This document shows, piece by piece, positions 41,983 through 50,847 of a stretch of DNA of 64,000 nt. This stretch comes from an uncultured Gemmataceae bacterium (GTDB lineage Bacteria; Planctomycetota; Planctomycetia; Gemmatales; Gemmataceae): positions 1,344,001 to 1,408,000 of the forward strand of contig CAVVPN010000003.1 of assembly GCA_963750165.1 (NCBI GenBank), read 5' to 3'. The position numbers and the translations under genes were made by a program. Position 1 is the stretch's first letter, and each line of letters begins with the position of its first letter. The notes beneath the pieces are model-generated. The model saw nothing but the letters and a program-made list of their open reading frames with translations, searched no databases and was not told the origin of the DNA.

Positions 41983-42993
41983 ATGAAAGTCATCGAGTTG
42001 CAGAACCGTTTCGACATCGACTCCCTCGCCGTCACCGAACGGCCCGAACCGCAGCCCGGCCCCGGTCAGGTGCTGCTGCGGTTGCGGGCCTGGTCGCTGA
42101 ACTACCGCGACCTGCTCCTGGTCAAGGGGCTCTACAACCCGAAGGCGAAACTGCCGCTGGTGCCGCTGTCCGACGGCGCCGGCGAGGTGGCGGCGGTCGG
42201 CCCCGGTGTGACGCGGGTCAAGGCTGGCGACCGCGTGGCCGGCATCTTCATGCAGCAGTGGCTGTGCGGTGACGTGACCGAGGCGAAGGCCAGGTCGTCG
42301 CTGGGCGGCGGCGGTCCCGGCATGCTGGCGGAGTATGTCGTGCTGGACGCGGACGGCGTGGTGCGCGTGCCGGAACACCTCAGTTTCGAGGAGGCTGCGA
42401 CGCTACCGTGCGCCGCCGTGACCGCCTGGCACGCGCTGGTGACCGAGGGATCCGTCAAGGCCGGTGACACCGTGTTGACACTGGGCACCGGCGGTGTGTC
42501 GCTGTTCGCGGTGCAGTTCGCCCGTTTGCTGGGAGCGCGCGTCCTCGCCACCTCCGGCCAGGACGAGAAGCTGGCCCGCGTCCTGCAACTGGGGGCGTCC
42601 GACGGCATCAACTACAAAACGACGCCGGACTGGGAAGAGAAGGTGCGCGAGCTGACCGGCGGCGTTGGCGTCGATCACGTCGTGGAGGTCGGCGGCGCCG
42701 GCACGCTCGGCAAGTCGCTGCGGGCCGTGCGCATGGGCGGCCGTATCAGTCTGATTGGCGTGCTGACCGGCGGCGGCCAGGTCAATCCGATGCCCGTGCT
42801 CATGAAGAACGTCCGCGTGCAGGGCATCTACGTCGGCAGCCGCGACATGTTCGAGGCCATGAATCGGGCCATCGCCCTGCACCAGCTGCGGCCGGTCGTG
42901 GATCGCGTCTTCCCGTTCGCCGAAACCCGAGCGGCTCTGCGCCACCTGGAGAGCCAGGCGCACTTCGGCAAGGTCGCGATTCGCCTGGGCTGA
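41983..42993 (+). CDS. NAD(P)-dependent medium-chain (zinc-type alcohol dehydrogenase-like) oxidoreductase
   Basis: SLNYRD, PLSDGAGEV, AATLPCAAVTAW, GTGGVS, HFGKV. Confidence 0.92.
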   Translation: MKVIELQNRFDIDSLAVTERPEPQPGPGQVLLRLRAWSLNYRDLLLVKGLYNPKAKLPLVPLSDGAGEVAAVGPGVTRVKAGDRVAGIFMQQWLCGDVTEAKARSSLGGGGPGMLAEYVVLDADGVVRVPEHLSFEEAATLPCAAVTAWHALVTEGSVKAGDTVLTLGTGGVSLFAVQFARLLGARVLATSGQDEKLARVLQLGASDGINYKTTPDWEEKVRELTGGVGVDHVVEVGGAGTLGKSLRAVRMGGRISLIGVLTGGGQVNPMPVLMKNVRVQGIYVGSRDMFEAMNRAIALHQLRPVVDRVFPFAETRAALRHLESQAHFGKVAIRLG

Positions 42994-43001
42994 CCTCCTT
43001 C

Positions 43002-43067
43002 TCGTGGGGCAGACATTCCTGTCTGCCATCTTTTGAAGGTTGGCAGACAGGAATGTCTGCCCCACGA
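43002..43067. repeat. REP-like palindrome (GTGGGGCAG family)
   Basis: TCGTGGGGCAGACATTCCTGTCTGCCA / TGGCAGACAGGAATGTCTGCCCCACGA perfect IR. Confidence 0.9.
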
Positions 43068-43076
43068 AAATTGCTC

Positions 43077-43105
43077 TTGCCACGCAGGCCGACCGTCGCT
43101 ATACG
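43077..43105 (+). promoter_or_regulatory. Candidate sigma70 promoter of the structured RNA
   Basis: TTGCCA-N17-TATACG. Confidence 0.5.
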
Positions 43106-43111
43106 CCCCCC

Positions 43112-43430
43112 TCGTTGTTGACGACGGCTGACGCCACCGCCGCGGACGACACCCGTTTCACACAGCCGAACTCTGCTGCGTGCCGGATTTTGCGGGAAAC
43201 CGGCACTGTCCGCCCTCCTGGGCAGTAGCGTTCATCTCGCTGGGACCAGTGGTTTTGGGTCGGCCACCCCAGTGGGAGCTTCGCAGTAGAGTTCTTGTCG
43301 GACCGGGAGCCGGGCCCTTGTGCCCGGCTCCCGGGGATACACCGCGACCAGCCTTCCCCTGAGCCGTCGGTCGGCGCCGCCGTGTGCGGGCCGGCCGACG
43401 TTCCAGGGGAGGGCTTGTCGCATTTTTATA
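43112..43430 (+). ncRNA. Candidate novel structured non-coding RNA (~310 nt)
   Basis: 13-bp closing helix 43168-43180/43282-43294 enclosing four hairpins, perfect 13-bp hairpin 43303-43334, long hairpin 43345-43420 plus T-tract; G-U wobbles favour the + strand. Confidence 0.55.
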
Positions 43431-43551
43431 CTCTTGCATGTGCAATTTTTGCAAGCCTGCCCCATTTCACCGCTGTAAAAAAGGTCGCCCAACCGGTCGT
43501 GTCGCCGACCCACATTGCGAAATTTCCAGGGTTTTTCGGCTTTCCGGCGTT

Positions 43552-43567
43552 TGGCACACCATGTGCA
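43552..43567 (+). promoter_or_regulatory. Candidate sigma54 (-24/-12) promoter
   Basis: TGGCAC-ACCAT-GTGCA with GG and GC 12 bp apart; TGCAA-TTT-TTGCA palindrome ~110 bp upstream. Confidence 0.55.
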
Positions 43568-43710
43568 ACATTTATTTCTAGTTGGTACATCTTGCGGAAC
43601 AACCCGGGGGCCAACCGACCCCCGGAAACACACCCCGTTGCTTTCCTCGGAACAAAGCCACGGTTTTTCCGGACGCGCACCCCGTGCGCAACAGAGAAGA
43701 GGTACGTCTC

Positions 43711-44268
43711 ATGGCCGCCCTGCAACTGGCCATCGCCCTGGTTTGGCTGTCCACGCCCCCCGATCAATTTACCTGCCCTGAGATGAACCAGTGGCACCGG
43801 GTGCTGGCCGGGCCGATCCGGGTGCTGGCCCTGCGCTGGGAGGTGCTCGACCCGCGCGAGGCCGGCCACCTGCTCGCCCGCGCCGAGGACTTCAAGGACG
43901 ACCTGCGCACCCTGCAGGAGCGCTGCGAGGAGTTGCGCACGGCGCCGCCGCTGTGCGAGGCCGAGCGTTTCCCGGGCCGCGATCTGGTCAGCGACATGAT
44001 GGCCTTCAACCGCGCCTATCACGACAACCTCAGCAAGCGGCTTGAACTGGACCGCATCCACGCCGAGGAGTTGCGTCAGGCACTGCAGGAGACCGATCAG
44101 CTGCACCGCGTTTGGAATACCGTCCACGAGATCAACTGCCCGTATTACTACGTCACCTACCGCCGCCAGGCCCTGCGGCAGTTGCGCGAACTGATCGGCG
44201 AGCAGGCGTTCTACACCGGCAACCTGCCGCCGCACGTGCCGCTCTGGCGCATCCCGGAAGCCCGTTGA
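43711..44268 (+). CDS. Hypothetical protein, probably exported
   Basis: SD GAGG, hydrophobic N-terminus, normal codon usage, ends LPPHVPLWR. Confidence 0.8.
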   Translation: MAALQLAIALVWLSTPPDQFTCPEMNQWHRVLAGPIRVLALRWEVLDPREAGHLLARAEDFKDDLRTLQERCEELRTAPPLCEAERFPGRDLVSDMMAFNRAYHDNLSKRLELDRIHAEELRQALQETDQLHRVWNTVHEINCPYYYVTYRRQALRQLRELIGEQAFYTGNLPPHVPLWRIPEAR

Positions 44269-44271
44269 GCA

Positions 44272-44324
44272 AAAAAGATTCACCACAGCGAACGCTCTCC
44301 GCGTTCGCTGTGGTGAATCTTTTT
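44272..44324. terminator. Bidirectional terminator-like palindrome between convergent genes
   Basis: Perfect 24-bp IR AAAAAGATTCACCACAGCGAACGC / GCGTTCGCTGTGGTGAATCTTTTT. Confidence 0.8.
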
Positions 44325-44338
44325 AACCCCCGAGGTCG

Positions 44339-45793
44339 CTACTTGCCGCCGCCGCGGTTAATGGTGAGGCCGATGACGCGCGCCCGCGGCCCGGTCACGC
44401 GCACGACGATGCCTGCGGGTTCGCTGCTGCCGCTCGAGATCAAGGACACGAGCACGACGCGCGTCTGCGCCGATGGCAGCTTCAGCAGATACGCGGAGTC
44501 CGCCGGACTCGCCTTCTTGGCATACTCCTCCACCGTCACCACGTTGCCCACCTTGAACGACGCCTGCTGTTGCTTGAGTTGCTCCTTCATCCCCTCGAAC
44601 ACCATCTTGAAGAAGCCGTCCAGGTCTTCGCGCTTCGTGAACTGGGCCGCGCTTGCGAAGTTGAAGGGCACGTCCGTCGATTTCTGGAACATTTTGAAGT
44701 CGGTGTTCAGGATGCTGTTGAGGAACTGTCGGGTTACGTCCCGCGAACGCTGCTGCGTGTTGGCGAAGAACAGATCCGTGTCGCTTTTCGCCAGGTCGAA
44801 CTTGGCCGCGCGCTCCTGCCACCACTGCTTCCAGGCAGCCTGGGCCTTGCCGCGCACTGCCGGGTCGTCGGTCACCGCGGCCTGCGGGGCGGCGTTGCCG
44901 GCAACGCGCTGCAACAGATCCTCGGCCTGCTCGGCGTAGCGGAACGGGCCGTCGGCCAGCAGCGCGATCAACACCGGCACGCCGATCTTGTCGCGAGCGC
45001 ACAGCAGCCCCTGGGCGGCGCGGAAGCGAACCATCGCCTCCTTATCGGCCAGCAGTTTGCGCACCTCGGCGCGCTGGGTAGTGCTGCCCTCGCGGCCGAG
45101 CACCAGCGCCGCCACGGCGCGCCGCAGCGGCGACTTGTCTGTCAGGGCCGTCGCCAGCACCGGGTCGATCTTCTTCGCGTCGATGGTCAGCGTCAGCACC
45201 GTCGCCACCATTTCATCCTCCACGAGGTCGTTGGCGGCGTAGGGCAGGAAGTTCAGCAGCAGCGGCACGGCCCCCTGCGGCCGGCGCTCGCGCAGCAGCC
45301 GCACGGCCGCCCCGGTCTGGGCGCTGGTGAACTTCCCCTCGATCTCCTGCATGATCTTGCTGGCGCGGCGGCTGGTCTCCAGATCACGGCCTTCCATGAA
45401 GGTGCGCAGCAACGGCAGCACCCGCGGGCCTTCCTTGAGCAGATCCCGGGTGGCCTTGTCGCGCACCTTGAAGGACTTGTCGGCCAGGTTCTTGATGATC
45501 GGCTCCAGGCGGGTGCGGTCCTGCTCGGTGGGAATGCGGTTGTTCAGGAATGTCAGCAGGGCGGGCCCGTCGGTGGCGACCCTGGCTTCCTTGAGCAGGT
45601 GCTCATCCTCGGCGATCTGCGGATCGACGGGCAGAGCGAACAGTTCGAAGAACCGCGACTGCTGCGGTCCCTGGGCCTTCTTGTCCTTCTTCTCCATCGC
45701 CTGCTGGCCGCGCAGCCCGGCGGTCGGCCCGCCGACGGCCAGTGCCAGCGCCGCCAGCAAACCGAGGGTGACAACCATCCGTTTCATGGGCAC
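44339..45793 (-). CDS. Exported HEAT-repeat protein (paralogue 1)
   Basis: Signal peptide; TDGPALLTFL, LADKSFKVRDKA, RRAVAALVLG, VRFRAAQGLL. Confidence 0.85.
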   Translation of the reverse strand: MPMKRMVVTLGLLAALALAVGGPTAGLRGQQAMEKKDKKAQGPQQSRFFELFALPVDPQIAEDEHLLKEARVATDGPALLTFLNNRIPTEQDRTRLEPIIKNLADKSFKVRDKATRDLLKEGPRVLPLLRTFMEGRDLETSRRASKIMQEIEGKFTSAQTGAAVRLLRERRPQGAVPLLLNFLPYAANDLVEDEMVATVLTLTIDAKKIDPVLATALTDKSPLRRAVAALVLGREGSTTQRAEVRKLLADKEAMVRFRAAQGLLCARDKIGVPVLIALLADGPFRYAEQAEDLLQRVAGNAAPQAAVTDDPAVRGKAQAAWKQWWQERAAKFDLAKSDTDLFFANTQQRSRDVTRQFLNSILNTDFKMFQKSTDVPFNFASAAQFTKREDLDGFFKMVFEGMKEQLKQQQASFKVGNVVTVEEYAKKASPADSAYLLKLPSAQTRVVLVSLISSGSSEPAGIVVRVTGPRARVIGLTINRGGGK

Positions 45794-45907
45794 ACTCCGT
45801 CCAAGGTTGCGAACGCCGCGCCGGCAGCGGGTCGGTCGTTCTGGGGAGGAATCCTGATACAGCCTCCACCGGATTGTGCATGAGATTTCCGGTGTTCGGG
45901 AGCCTGG

Positions 45908-47521
45908 TCAATAGCCGCCGTTGAAGCCGAAGGGTTGGTACGCCACGACGCGCACGTCGTCACCGCGCACCGACACCACCAGCGCCACCGAGCCGAACAG
46001 AATATTTTGGTCGCGCACGTCGGCCGTGGCCACGAACAGGCCGCTGTGTCGGTAGGTCTGCAGGAACGACTTCCATCCCTGCGGGGCCTTCTTGGCGAAC
46101 TCCGCCGCGGGCATGAAGCGCTTGAACGTGAGCGGATAGCCGAACTGATTGGAGGCCATCAACTGCGGATAATACTGGTCCAGCTGAGCCCGCGTCGTCA
46201 GCCACGAGAACGACACGGGTTGCATAACGCCCTTGCCGTAGCCACCCCCGTAGGGGTTCATCTGGTTCTGGCGGGTGAACAGGGCAAAGGGCGCGTCCGT
46301 GAGACGCCGAAACGCCTGCGCGTCGTGTTCGTTCAAACAGCGGACGAATTCCACGGCGACGGCGTAAGCGCGGGGCAGCGATCCCGTCCGCGGCCCGACG
46401 CCGGTGAGTGCCGGCAGCGACCGCCGGCCGCTGCGCTCCTGCCACCAGGTGACCCAGCCGTCGTGGTATTGTTTGCGGACGTTGCCGAAGGTCGCCTCCA
46501 GCGGTTGCTGATTCGGTTGCGGTGTGTTCGGCGTGTAGACCGCGGACATCGGCCCCGAGTAGATGCCGTTCATGTTGGGTTGCTTGGGCAAGGGCGGCAT
46601 CTTCTTGTCGAACTTCGGATACAGCGCCAGCGGCGCTGAGTCGCCGGCCAGGCGCAGCAGCACTTCCTCCGCCCGCTCCGCCCACGGCAGCGGGGCCTCG
46701 GCCAGCATGTCGAGCAGCACCGGGACGGCGGCCCGGTCGCCGCCGCCGAGCAGCCCCTGCGCGGCGCGGAAGCGCACGCCCGGGTCGGTGTCTTGCAAAC
46801 ACTGTCGCGCCACCTGTTGATGCCGGGCGCTGCCGTGACGGCCCAGCACCAGCGCCGCGGCGGCGCGGCGCGCGGGGATTGGGTCTGTTATCGCCACGCG
46901 CATCAGGTCAATGGTTTCGCCTTCGGGCATACCAATTTCCCACAGGGTTGCCAGCGCCTCCTCTTCTCCGTGTTCGTCCGCCACCGGCAAATATTGCAGC
47001 AGCGCCGCCGTGGCGCCGGCCGGCTTGCGGTCGCGCACCAGGCGCAGCGCGGCGCTGACCGCCTCCGGCCCCTGGCGGCGGACCATCAACTCGCGCAGCC
47101 GCTGCAAACGACGTTTCAACTCCAGGCCGGCGGTTTTGTCCAGTTCCGCCAGCGGCGGCAGCGCCGAGGGGCCGACGGCGATGAGATCCTTCAGGGCCTG
47201 TTCGCGGACGCGGTAGTTGCTGGACGACAGCCGCGGCAGGGCATGGGTGACGCGCTGGTAGGGCGACTTCGGCCCGGCCTGCCAGCCGACCACTTCCAGC
47301 AGTTCGCGCGGCTTGACCAGCGGCGCGGGCGGCCGGGCCGCGGTGTGCTGCCAGCGCAGGAACTCGAGCAGGGCTGGGCCGTCAGTCGGCAGCTGGAGGC
47401 CGCGCAGCAGCCGCTCGTCGTCGGCGCACCGGGCGGCGTGCGCCGCGGTCGGGACGCTGGGCTCCAGAAACCCACCGAACGCCAGCAGCAGCATGGGCAA
47501 GGCAGACACTCCAGTGGGCAT
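45908..47521 (-). CDS. Exported HEAT-repeat protein (paralogue 2)
   Basis: SD AAGGAGG before ATG 47521; TDGPALLEFL, RRAAAALVLG, VRFRAAQGLL. Confidence 0.82.
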   Translation of the reverse strand: MPTGVSALPMLLLAFGGFLEPSVPTAAHAARCADDERLLRGLQLPTDGPALLEFLRWQHTAARPPAPLVKPRELLEVVGWQAGPKSPYQRVTHALPRLSSSNYRVREQALKDLIAVGPSALPPLAELDKTAGLELKRRLQRLRELMVRRQGPEAVSAALRLVRDRKPAGATAALLQYLPVADEHGEEEALATLWEIGMPEGETIDLMRVAITDPIPARRAAAALVLGRHGSARHQQVARQCLQDTDPGVRFRAAQGLLGGGDRAAVPVLLDMLAEAPLPWAERAEEVLLRLAGDSAPLALYPKFDKKMPPLPKQPNMNGIYSGPMSAVYTPNTPQPNQQPLEATFGNVRKQYHDGWVTWWQERSGRRSLPALTGVGPRTGSLPRAYAVAVEFVRCLNEHDAQAFRRLTDAPFALFTRQNQMNPYGGGYGKGVMQPVSFSWLTTRAQLDQYYPQLMASNQFGYPLTFKRFMPAAEFAKKAPQGWKSFLQTYRHSGLFVATADVRDQNILFGSVALVVSVRGDDVRVVAYQPFGFNGGY

Positions 47522-47918
47522 ACGATCCTCCTTGTTAGTGATCCCGGTACGAATTACAGCGATTGTAAGTTTTTCGCCGCCGTTTCCGCCAGCCGGAACG
47601 GACGCGAAAAATCCACGGCGACCCCAACACACTTCCGACGAATGACTTGTGCTGTCGGATTGCAGCGTCCGCGCCGACCGGCACGCGATCTGCAATGACA
47701 TACATTCGACCTGATCGAGCCAAGAAGCGCAGGTCACTCCGGTGGGTTGGCAGCCCGCCGCCTTCCCCGGCGGCGGCCACGGCTTCCCCCGGCCGTGCGG
47801 CGAACGGCGTTCGTTGCGGAGGTTCTTCCCCACCTCCCGACCCAAGGCGACCGCCCCGCGGCGAACCCCCGGATGACCGGTGCTTCCCTGTCTAACTCCC
47901 GCCCTGACCCCTACCGAT

Positions 47919-48335
47919 TTACCCCCCTTCGCCACCCGCTTCCCCCGGCGGGTGGCTTCTTTTTTTGATTCCGGCATCGCGCAATTTCATGGTGGTGTTG
48001 GTTGCCTCCACGTCGGGAAGTTCCCTGCGCGGATCCTGGTCGCCGAGTTGCAACAGGAAGACATGCTCGCCCACCTGGAGACGATCGCCGTTGTGCAGCG
48101 GCGCCTGGCTGCGGATGCGCTGACCGTTGAGGAACGTGCCGTTACTGCTGCCGAGGTCGGCGATCGTGGCCTCGGCGCCGCGCAACCGCAACAGGCAGTG
48201 GTGGCGGCTGATGGCCGCGTCGTGCAGCCGCAGGTCGCAGTCGCTGCCGCGGCCGACCAGGAACTCGTCCTTCACGATGGCGATTTCATGGCTCAGGGCG
48301 GATGCTTCCGCCATCTCGATGAGTTTGGCCGTCAT
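47919..48335 (-). CDS. FHA domain protein
   Basis: VGRGSDCD, ISRHH, DLGSSNGTFLNG. Confidence 0.92.
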   Translation of the reverse strand: MTAKLIEMAEASALSHEIAIVKDEFLVGRGSDCDLRLHDAAISRHHCLLRLRGAEATIADLGSSNGTFLNGQRIRSQAPLHNGDRLQVGEHVFLLQLGDQDPRRELPDVEATNTTMKLRDAGIKKRSHPPGEAGGEGG

Positions 48336-48439
48336 GAGAGTGTCTCCGAAAAAGCAGCCGCGTGGTGGTCCAGGTCGTTTTCGTTATGATAACCGCGACG
48401 CCGCCTGCAAGATAGGGCCTACCCGCCAGGAGCTTCCGC

Positions 48440-49642
48440 ATGGACCCGACCGCCGCCCGGGCCTGCTTCCCCGGCACCCGCGACTGCGTGTTCCTCGACG
48501 CCGCCTGCGTCAGCCTGCTGCCCGTGCAGGCCGCGGCGGCGTTGCAGCGTCTGACGCAGGAACTGCTGACCTGCCCGGCCCGCGACGCCTCGGCGCAACA
48601 TATCGCCCTGGACCGCAGCGCCGACCAACCGCGCCACGAGGCCGCCCGACTGATCGGCGCCCGCCCCGAGGACGTGGCGCTGATCGAGAGCACGACGCAG
48701 GGCTTGCAGGCCATCGCCGCGACGGTGCCGCTGGGGCCGGGCGACACGGTGCTCGTCGGCGCCACGGAATTCATGGGCCTGGCAGTGCCGTGGATTCCGC
48801 GGCAGGCGACGCAGGGCTTTCGGCTGGAGGTGGTGCCGCACCGCGACGGCCGGCTGCTGGCCGAGGATTTTGCGCGCGTGGTCGATAGTCATACGCGCAT
48901 GATTTTGCTGAGCAGCGTGCAGTGGAACAACGGCTACCGCGCCGACCTCGCGGCGTTCAGCGAACTGGCCCGCGCCCGCAACCTCATCCTGGTCGTGGAC
49001 GCGATCCAGCAGTTGGGGGCGGTGGCGCTGGACGTGGGGCGGACGCCGGTTGATTTCCTGGTGACCGGCGGGCACAAGTGGCTGAACGCGCCGGTGGGCC
49101 GTGGTTTCCTGTATGTCCACCCGCGCTGGCAGGAGCGGCTGCGGCCGGCGGCCTGGGGGTATCTCAACATCTGCCAGCCGCCGGAGGGCTGGGCCAACTA
49201 TTTCGCGACGCCGACGATCCCGGCGGTGCGCGACTACGACTTTCACCGCGACGCCCGCGCCTTCGAGGTCGGCGGCACCGCGAACTACCCCGGCAACGCA
49301 GCGCTCGGGGCGGCGCTGGCGCTCATCAACGAACTCGGCATTGATGCCATCAGCGGATACGTCCTGGACCTGACCGAGGAGCTGCTGGAGGGGCTGCGGC
49401 GGGCAGGTACGACGGTGGTGACGCCGCCGGAGCGGGCGAGCCGGTCGGGCATTGTGACGTGTACGCTCGGCCGCGGCGTGGCGGCGGATACGGCGTTGTT
49501 GCAGCAATTGCTGGACCGGCGCATCCTGATCTCGCAGCGCTTCACGGCGGGCGTCGGCGGACTGCGGGTGTCGGTGCATTTCTTCAACAACCGGGACGAC
49601 ATCGGGCGGCTGACGGAGGCAATGCGAGAGTTGTCCGATTGA
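48440..49642 (+). CDS. Class V PLP-dependent aminotransferase (cysteine desulfurase/isopenicillin epimerase-like)
   Basis: STTQGL, VVDAIQ, GGHKWL, FEVGGT, LRVSVHFFN. Confidence 0.88.
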   Translation: MDPTAARACFPGTRDCVFLDAACVSLLPVQAAAALQRLTQELLTCPARDASAQHIALDRSADQPRHEAARLIGARPEDVALIESTTQGLQAIAATVPLGPGDTVLVGATEFMGLAVPWIPRQATQGFRLEVVPHRDGRLLAEDFARVVDSHTRMILLSSVQWNNGYRADLAAFSELARARNLILVVDAIQQLGAVALDVGRTPVDFLVTGGHKWLNAPVGRGFLYVHPRWQERLRPAAWGYLNICQPPEGWANYFATPTIPAVRDYDFHRDARAFEVGGTANYPGNAALGAALALINELGIDAISGYVLDLTEELLEGLRRAGTTVVTPPERASRSGIVTCTLGRGVAADTALLQQLLDRRILISQRFTAGVGGLRVSVHFFNNRDDIGRLTEAMRELSD

Positions 49643-49689
49643 CCGCGCGCGCCCGACAGGACTGGCATTGGTGGTCGCTCGGTGGCGCC

Positions 49690-49750
49690 GGTTGTCGCAG
49701 CAAGGGGGCCAAGGAGGCCAAGGGGGCCAACTTTTTCATACGTCGAGATT
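49690..49750 (-). repeat. Dispersed repeat family X, single core
   Basis: Reverse complement TCTCGACGTATGAAAAAGTTGGC-CCC-CTTGGC-CTC-CTTGGC-CCC-CTTGCTGCGACAACC. Confidence 0.9.
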
Positions 49751-49823
49751 TGACCCCCCTGGTCCTTGCGGGCTGGCGCGGTGAGGCTTCCAGTGACACC
49801 CAGGTTGCTCTCAAGAGGGATCC

Positions 49824-50813
49824 ATGAAACACCTCGGCAAGACCGGCCTGACGGTGTCGCGGTTGGGTCTGGGGTTGGCGGCGCTGGGCCGGCCGGGCTA
49901 CATCAACCTCGGCCACGCCGACGACCTGGGCCATGACTACGACGTGGCGGCCATGCGTCGCCGGGCGTTCATGGTGCTGGACGCCGCCTGGGCCGCGGAC
50001 GTGCGCTACTTCGACGCCGCCCGCTCCTATGGCCGGGCTGAGGAGTTCCTGAGCGCCTGGCTGGCTGCGCGCGCCATCGATCCGGCGGCGGTGACGGTCG
50101 GCTCCAAGTGGGGCTACACCTACACCGCCGACTGGCAGGTGCGGGCAGAACACCACGAGGTCAAGGACCACCGCCTGCCGGTGCTGCGGCGCCAGTACCA
50201 GGAAAGCCGTCACCATCTCGGCCCACACCTCGACCTTTATCAGATCCACTCGGCGACGCTGGAGAGCGGCGTGCTCGATGACCGGGACGTGCTGGCTGAG
50301 CTGGCGCGGCTGCGCGGCGGTGGCGTGAAACTCGGCCTGTCAGTGAGTGGACCGCGGCAGGGCGAAACGCTGCTGCGGGCACTGGACGTGGCCGTGGACG
50401 GTGTGCCGCTGTTCGACTGCGTGCAGGCGACGTGGAACCTGCTGGAACGCTCCGCGGAACCGGCGCTGCGGCAGGCGCACGTGCGCGGCCTGGGCGTCAT
50501 TATCAAGGAAGCGCTGGCCAACGGGCGGTTGACGCCGCGCAACCAGGACGCGGCCTTTGCGGAACAGCGACGGCGGCTGGAAACCACGGCAGCGCGGCTG
50601 GGGACGACGCTCGATGCGCTGGCGCTGGCGGCAGTGCTGGCGCAACCGTGGGTGGCTGTCGTGCTCAGCGGCGCGACGACGGCGGAGCAGTTGCACTCGA
50701 ACCTGGCGGCGCTGACGGTGCGCTGGGACGAGGCGGCCGCGGCGGAGTTGGCGGCGCTGGCGGAGACGCCGCCGGCGTACTGGTCGGAGCGGGCGCGGCT
50801 GGCGTGGAACTGA
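49824..50813 (+). CDS. Aldo/keto reductase
   Basis: LGKTGLTVSRLGLG, FDAARSYG, LDLYQIH, VVLSGA. Confidence 0.92.
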   Translation: MKHLGKTGLTVSRLGLGLAALGRPGYINLGHADDLGHDYDVAAMRRRAFMVLDAAWAADVRYFDAARSYGRAEEFLSAWLAARAIDPAAVTVGSKWGYTYTADWQVRAEHHEVKDHRLPVLRRQYQESRHHLGPHLDLYQIHSATLESGVLDDRDVLAELARLRGGGVKLGLSVSGPRQGETLLRALDVAVDGVPLFDCVQATWNLLERSAEPALRQAHVRGLGVIIKEALANGRLTPRNQDAAFAEQRRRLETTAARLGTTLDALALAAVLAQPWVAVVLSGATTAEQLHSNLAALTVRWDEAAAAELAALAETPPAYWSERARLAWN

Positions 50814-50847
50814 CAACCAGGCTCGGTAAGTGAGGCGGGGCGCCGTG

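Noticed and set aside
43180..43230. Cobalamin riboswitch (GGGAAACCGG..ACTGTCC resemblance)
   Set aside because: B12-box elements (GCCACTG, AGYCAGRAGACC) are absent and the downstream gene is not B12-related.
47630..47900. Short hairpins upstream of the HEAT gene as an ncRNA
   Set aside because: Only 6-bp stems, expected by chance at this GC content.
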